Shown one piece after another: positions 63,201 through 64,000 of a DNA stretch of 64,000 nucleotides. Made by a program: the position numbers and the translations under genes. Source of the DNA: Macrostomum hystrix (taxonomy: Eukaryota > Animalia > Platyhelminthes); assembly GCA_950097015.1 (NCBI GenBank), contig CATNEN010000005.1, forward strand, positions 3,410,001-3,474,000, given 5' to 3'. The notes under the pieces were generated by a model that saw only the letters and a program-made list of their open reading frames with translations, searched no databases and had not been told where the DNA came from. Every line of letters begins with the position of its first letter. Position 1 is the first letter of the stretch.

Positions 63201-63942
63201 TGACCTACGCTAATGTGGCTCCCCTGATATTGGTGTTCGGTGAGTTGGATAATTATAAAAGATTTTTATCTGCTTTCACTGACAATAATAAATGCGTACA
63301 ACTGCCCAGTCCATAGAACAAACAGTTTCGCTAAAAATAGCAATCTTATAAAGGCATTTCCCCGGATGTTTATAAAAGATGTTGCTAAAAATATAAAATA
63401 ATTCCAATTGGGAATTTACCAAACTTAGTTTAAAACTTATCACTTGTAATGCCGATAACAATTCCTATATCGATCTTAAAACTATCAATATTTAAATTTT
63501 AGCTTTGGGAATTCCCAAATCGAGTTGCTGTTCTAAAAATATCAACAATTTATCAGCTCTTAGAATCTCCCAATGTTCATACCATTTAAAATAGATTTAC
63601 GAAAGTGTCATTTATCGGTGATTTTTGGTTCACAAAAAAACATTTCCAGGCATTCTGTACATGATCATGAAGATGGTGGTGGATCGCTACAACATCTATT
63701 ATGTCTACCTGCCCTCCGTTATGGATCGCGACGTGCACAGACTGTCGCAGTCTCTAGTGCTAGTCTGCGTATTCCTAGGCGTCACTTTCATCCTCGGCTA
63801 TTTCTTATTGAACGACGCCTATTTGCAGAAGATGAGCTCTAGGACTATGTTTATGATCTTCGTGGTTGTCGTGAGTCTGGGATACATCTTCTCCAGAACT
63901 ATTGTGAACCTTCTAAAGAAGGCTGGTTGCTTCGAAGAGCAG
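52033..63942 (+). CDS. TMEM63: TMEM63/CSC1 (OSCA family) channel, 3' end beyond window (exons 52033-52149, 52450-52532, 54254-54452, 55808-56223, 56336-56416, 59884-60169, 60964-61143, 61225-61401, 62696-63239, 63650-63942)
   Basis: All joins keep frame; GYEGIPQNLILN, IRKLAWRY, GKDAVRYIKLQR, LWVHAI, YAPYPEDLNWQNL, FFFTTP, QFLPT, FFVNYVIT, APLILVFGILYMIMKMVVDRYNIY. Confidence 0.93.
54538..55725. repeat. 16-bp minisatellite (CTCCACAGACTAGAWA)n in TMEM63 intron 3
   Basis: Direct reading. Confidence 0.97.
56705..59800. repeat. 21-bp minisatellite (TCTCTAGATTTAAACTCGAAA)n, ~3.1 kb, TMEM63 intron 5
   Basis: Direct reading; 1120-bp higher-order duplication. Confidence 0.97.
60175..60207 (+). repeat. 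(CTG)11 just after the TMEM63 exon 6 donor
   Basis: GAG|GTAGG then 11 CTG units. Confidence 0.95.
60225..60550 (+). mobile_element. Degenerate or chimeric SINE with family-A tail
   Basis: B-box-like GAGTTCAAATCC at ~60275, a different body, then GGCGTCCCCCCAGTCCATGGACTAAAC. Confidence 0.55.
60597..60900 (+). mobile_element. tRNA-derived SINE family A, full-length
   Basis: A box TAGCCTAGTGG, B box GTTCGATTCC, CORE-like TAAGCAAAACACTTAACTCTGCATTGCTTCAGTTCAACCAGCTGTTAAATGGG, palindromic tail. Confidence 0.85.
61450..62510. repeat. 18-bp minisatellite (GATAAGATAATAAGAGGT)n in TMEM63 intron 8
   Basis: Direct reading. Confidence 0.96.
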
Positions 63943-64000
63943 GTAATAATTGTTCTCCACTTAATCGTCCCGATATTTCCCATGCCAAATATTTTCTTAT

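Overview
Eukaryotic (animal) genomic DNA with spliceosomal introns; no prokaryotic features and no CRISPR array. The poly-Q/poly-A coding style, abundant intronic 15-32 bp minisatellites and tRNA-derived SINEs suggest a free-living flatworm such as Macrostomum (inference only). Genes, left to right: a cluster of WSC-domain genes (three on +, plus a pseudogene on - that the ORF track misses); a band-4.1/FERM gene (6 exons, 1000 aa); MTA1-like (5 exons, 824 aa); an orphan multipass, possibly GPCR-like gene; a signal-peptide/TPR/TM gene (-); an intron-containing hAT transposase; and TMEM63/CSC1-like (10 exons, running off the right edge). Mobile DNA: Tc1 remnant, internally deleted Merlin element with 41-bp TIRs, APE-LINE remnant, a MITE and two SINE families. 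About 20 different tandem arrays cover roughly 18 kb (hand estimate) and fill most long distal introns. Most unusual: (i) a CCA-ended tRNA-Asp copy enclosed in a 39-bp GC-rich inverted repeat (1009-1180); (ii) the one-intron-one-private-minisatellite layout; (iii) a structured island with an exact 14-nt HDV-ribozyme P3/L3 core (3634-3647, -); (iv) CpG-depleted 5' gene bodies and a TAGGCCTA cluster. Exon coordinates were read by hand from splice signals and frame continuity; no database searches were run.
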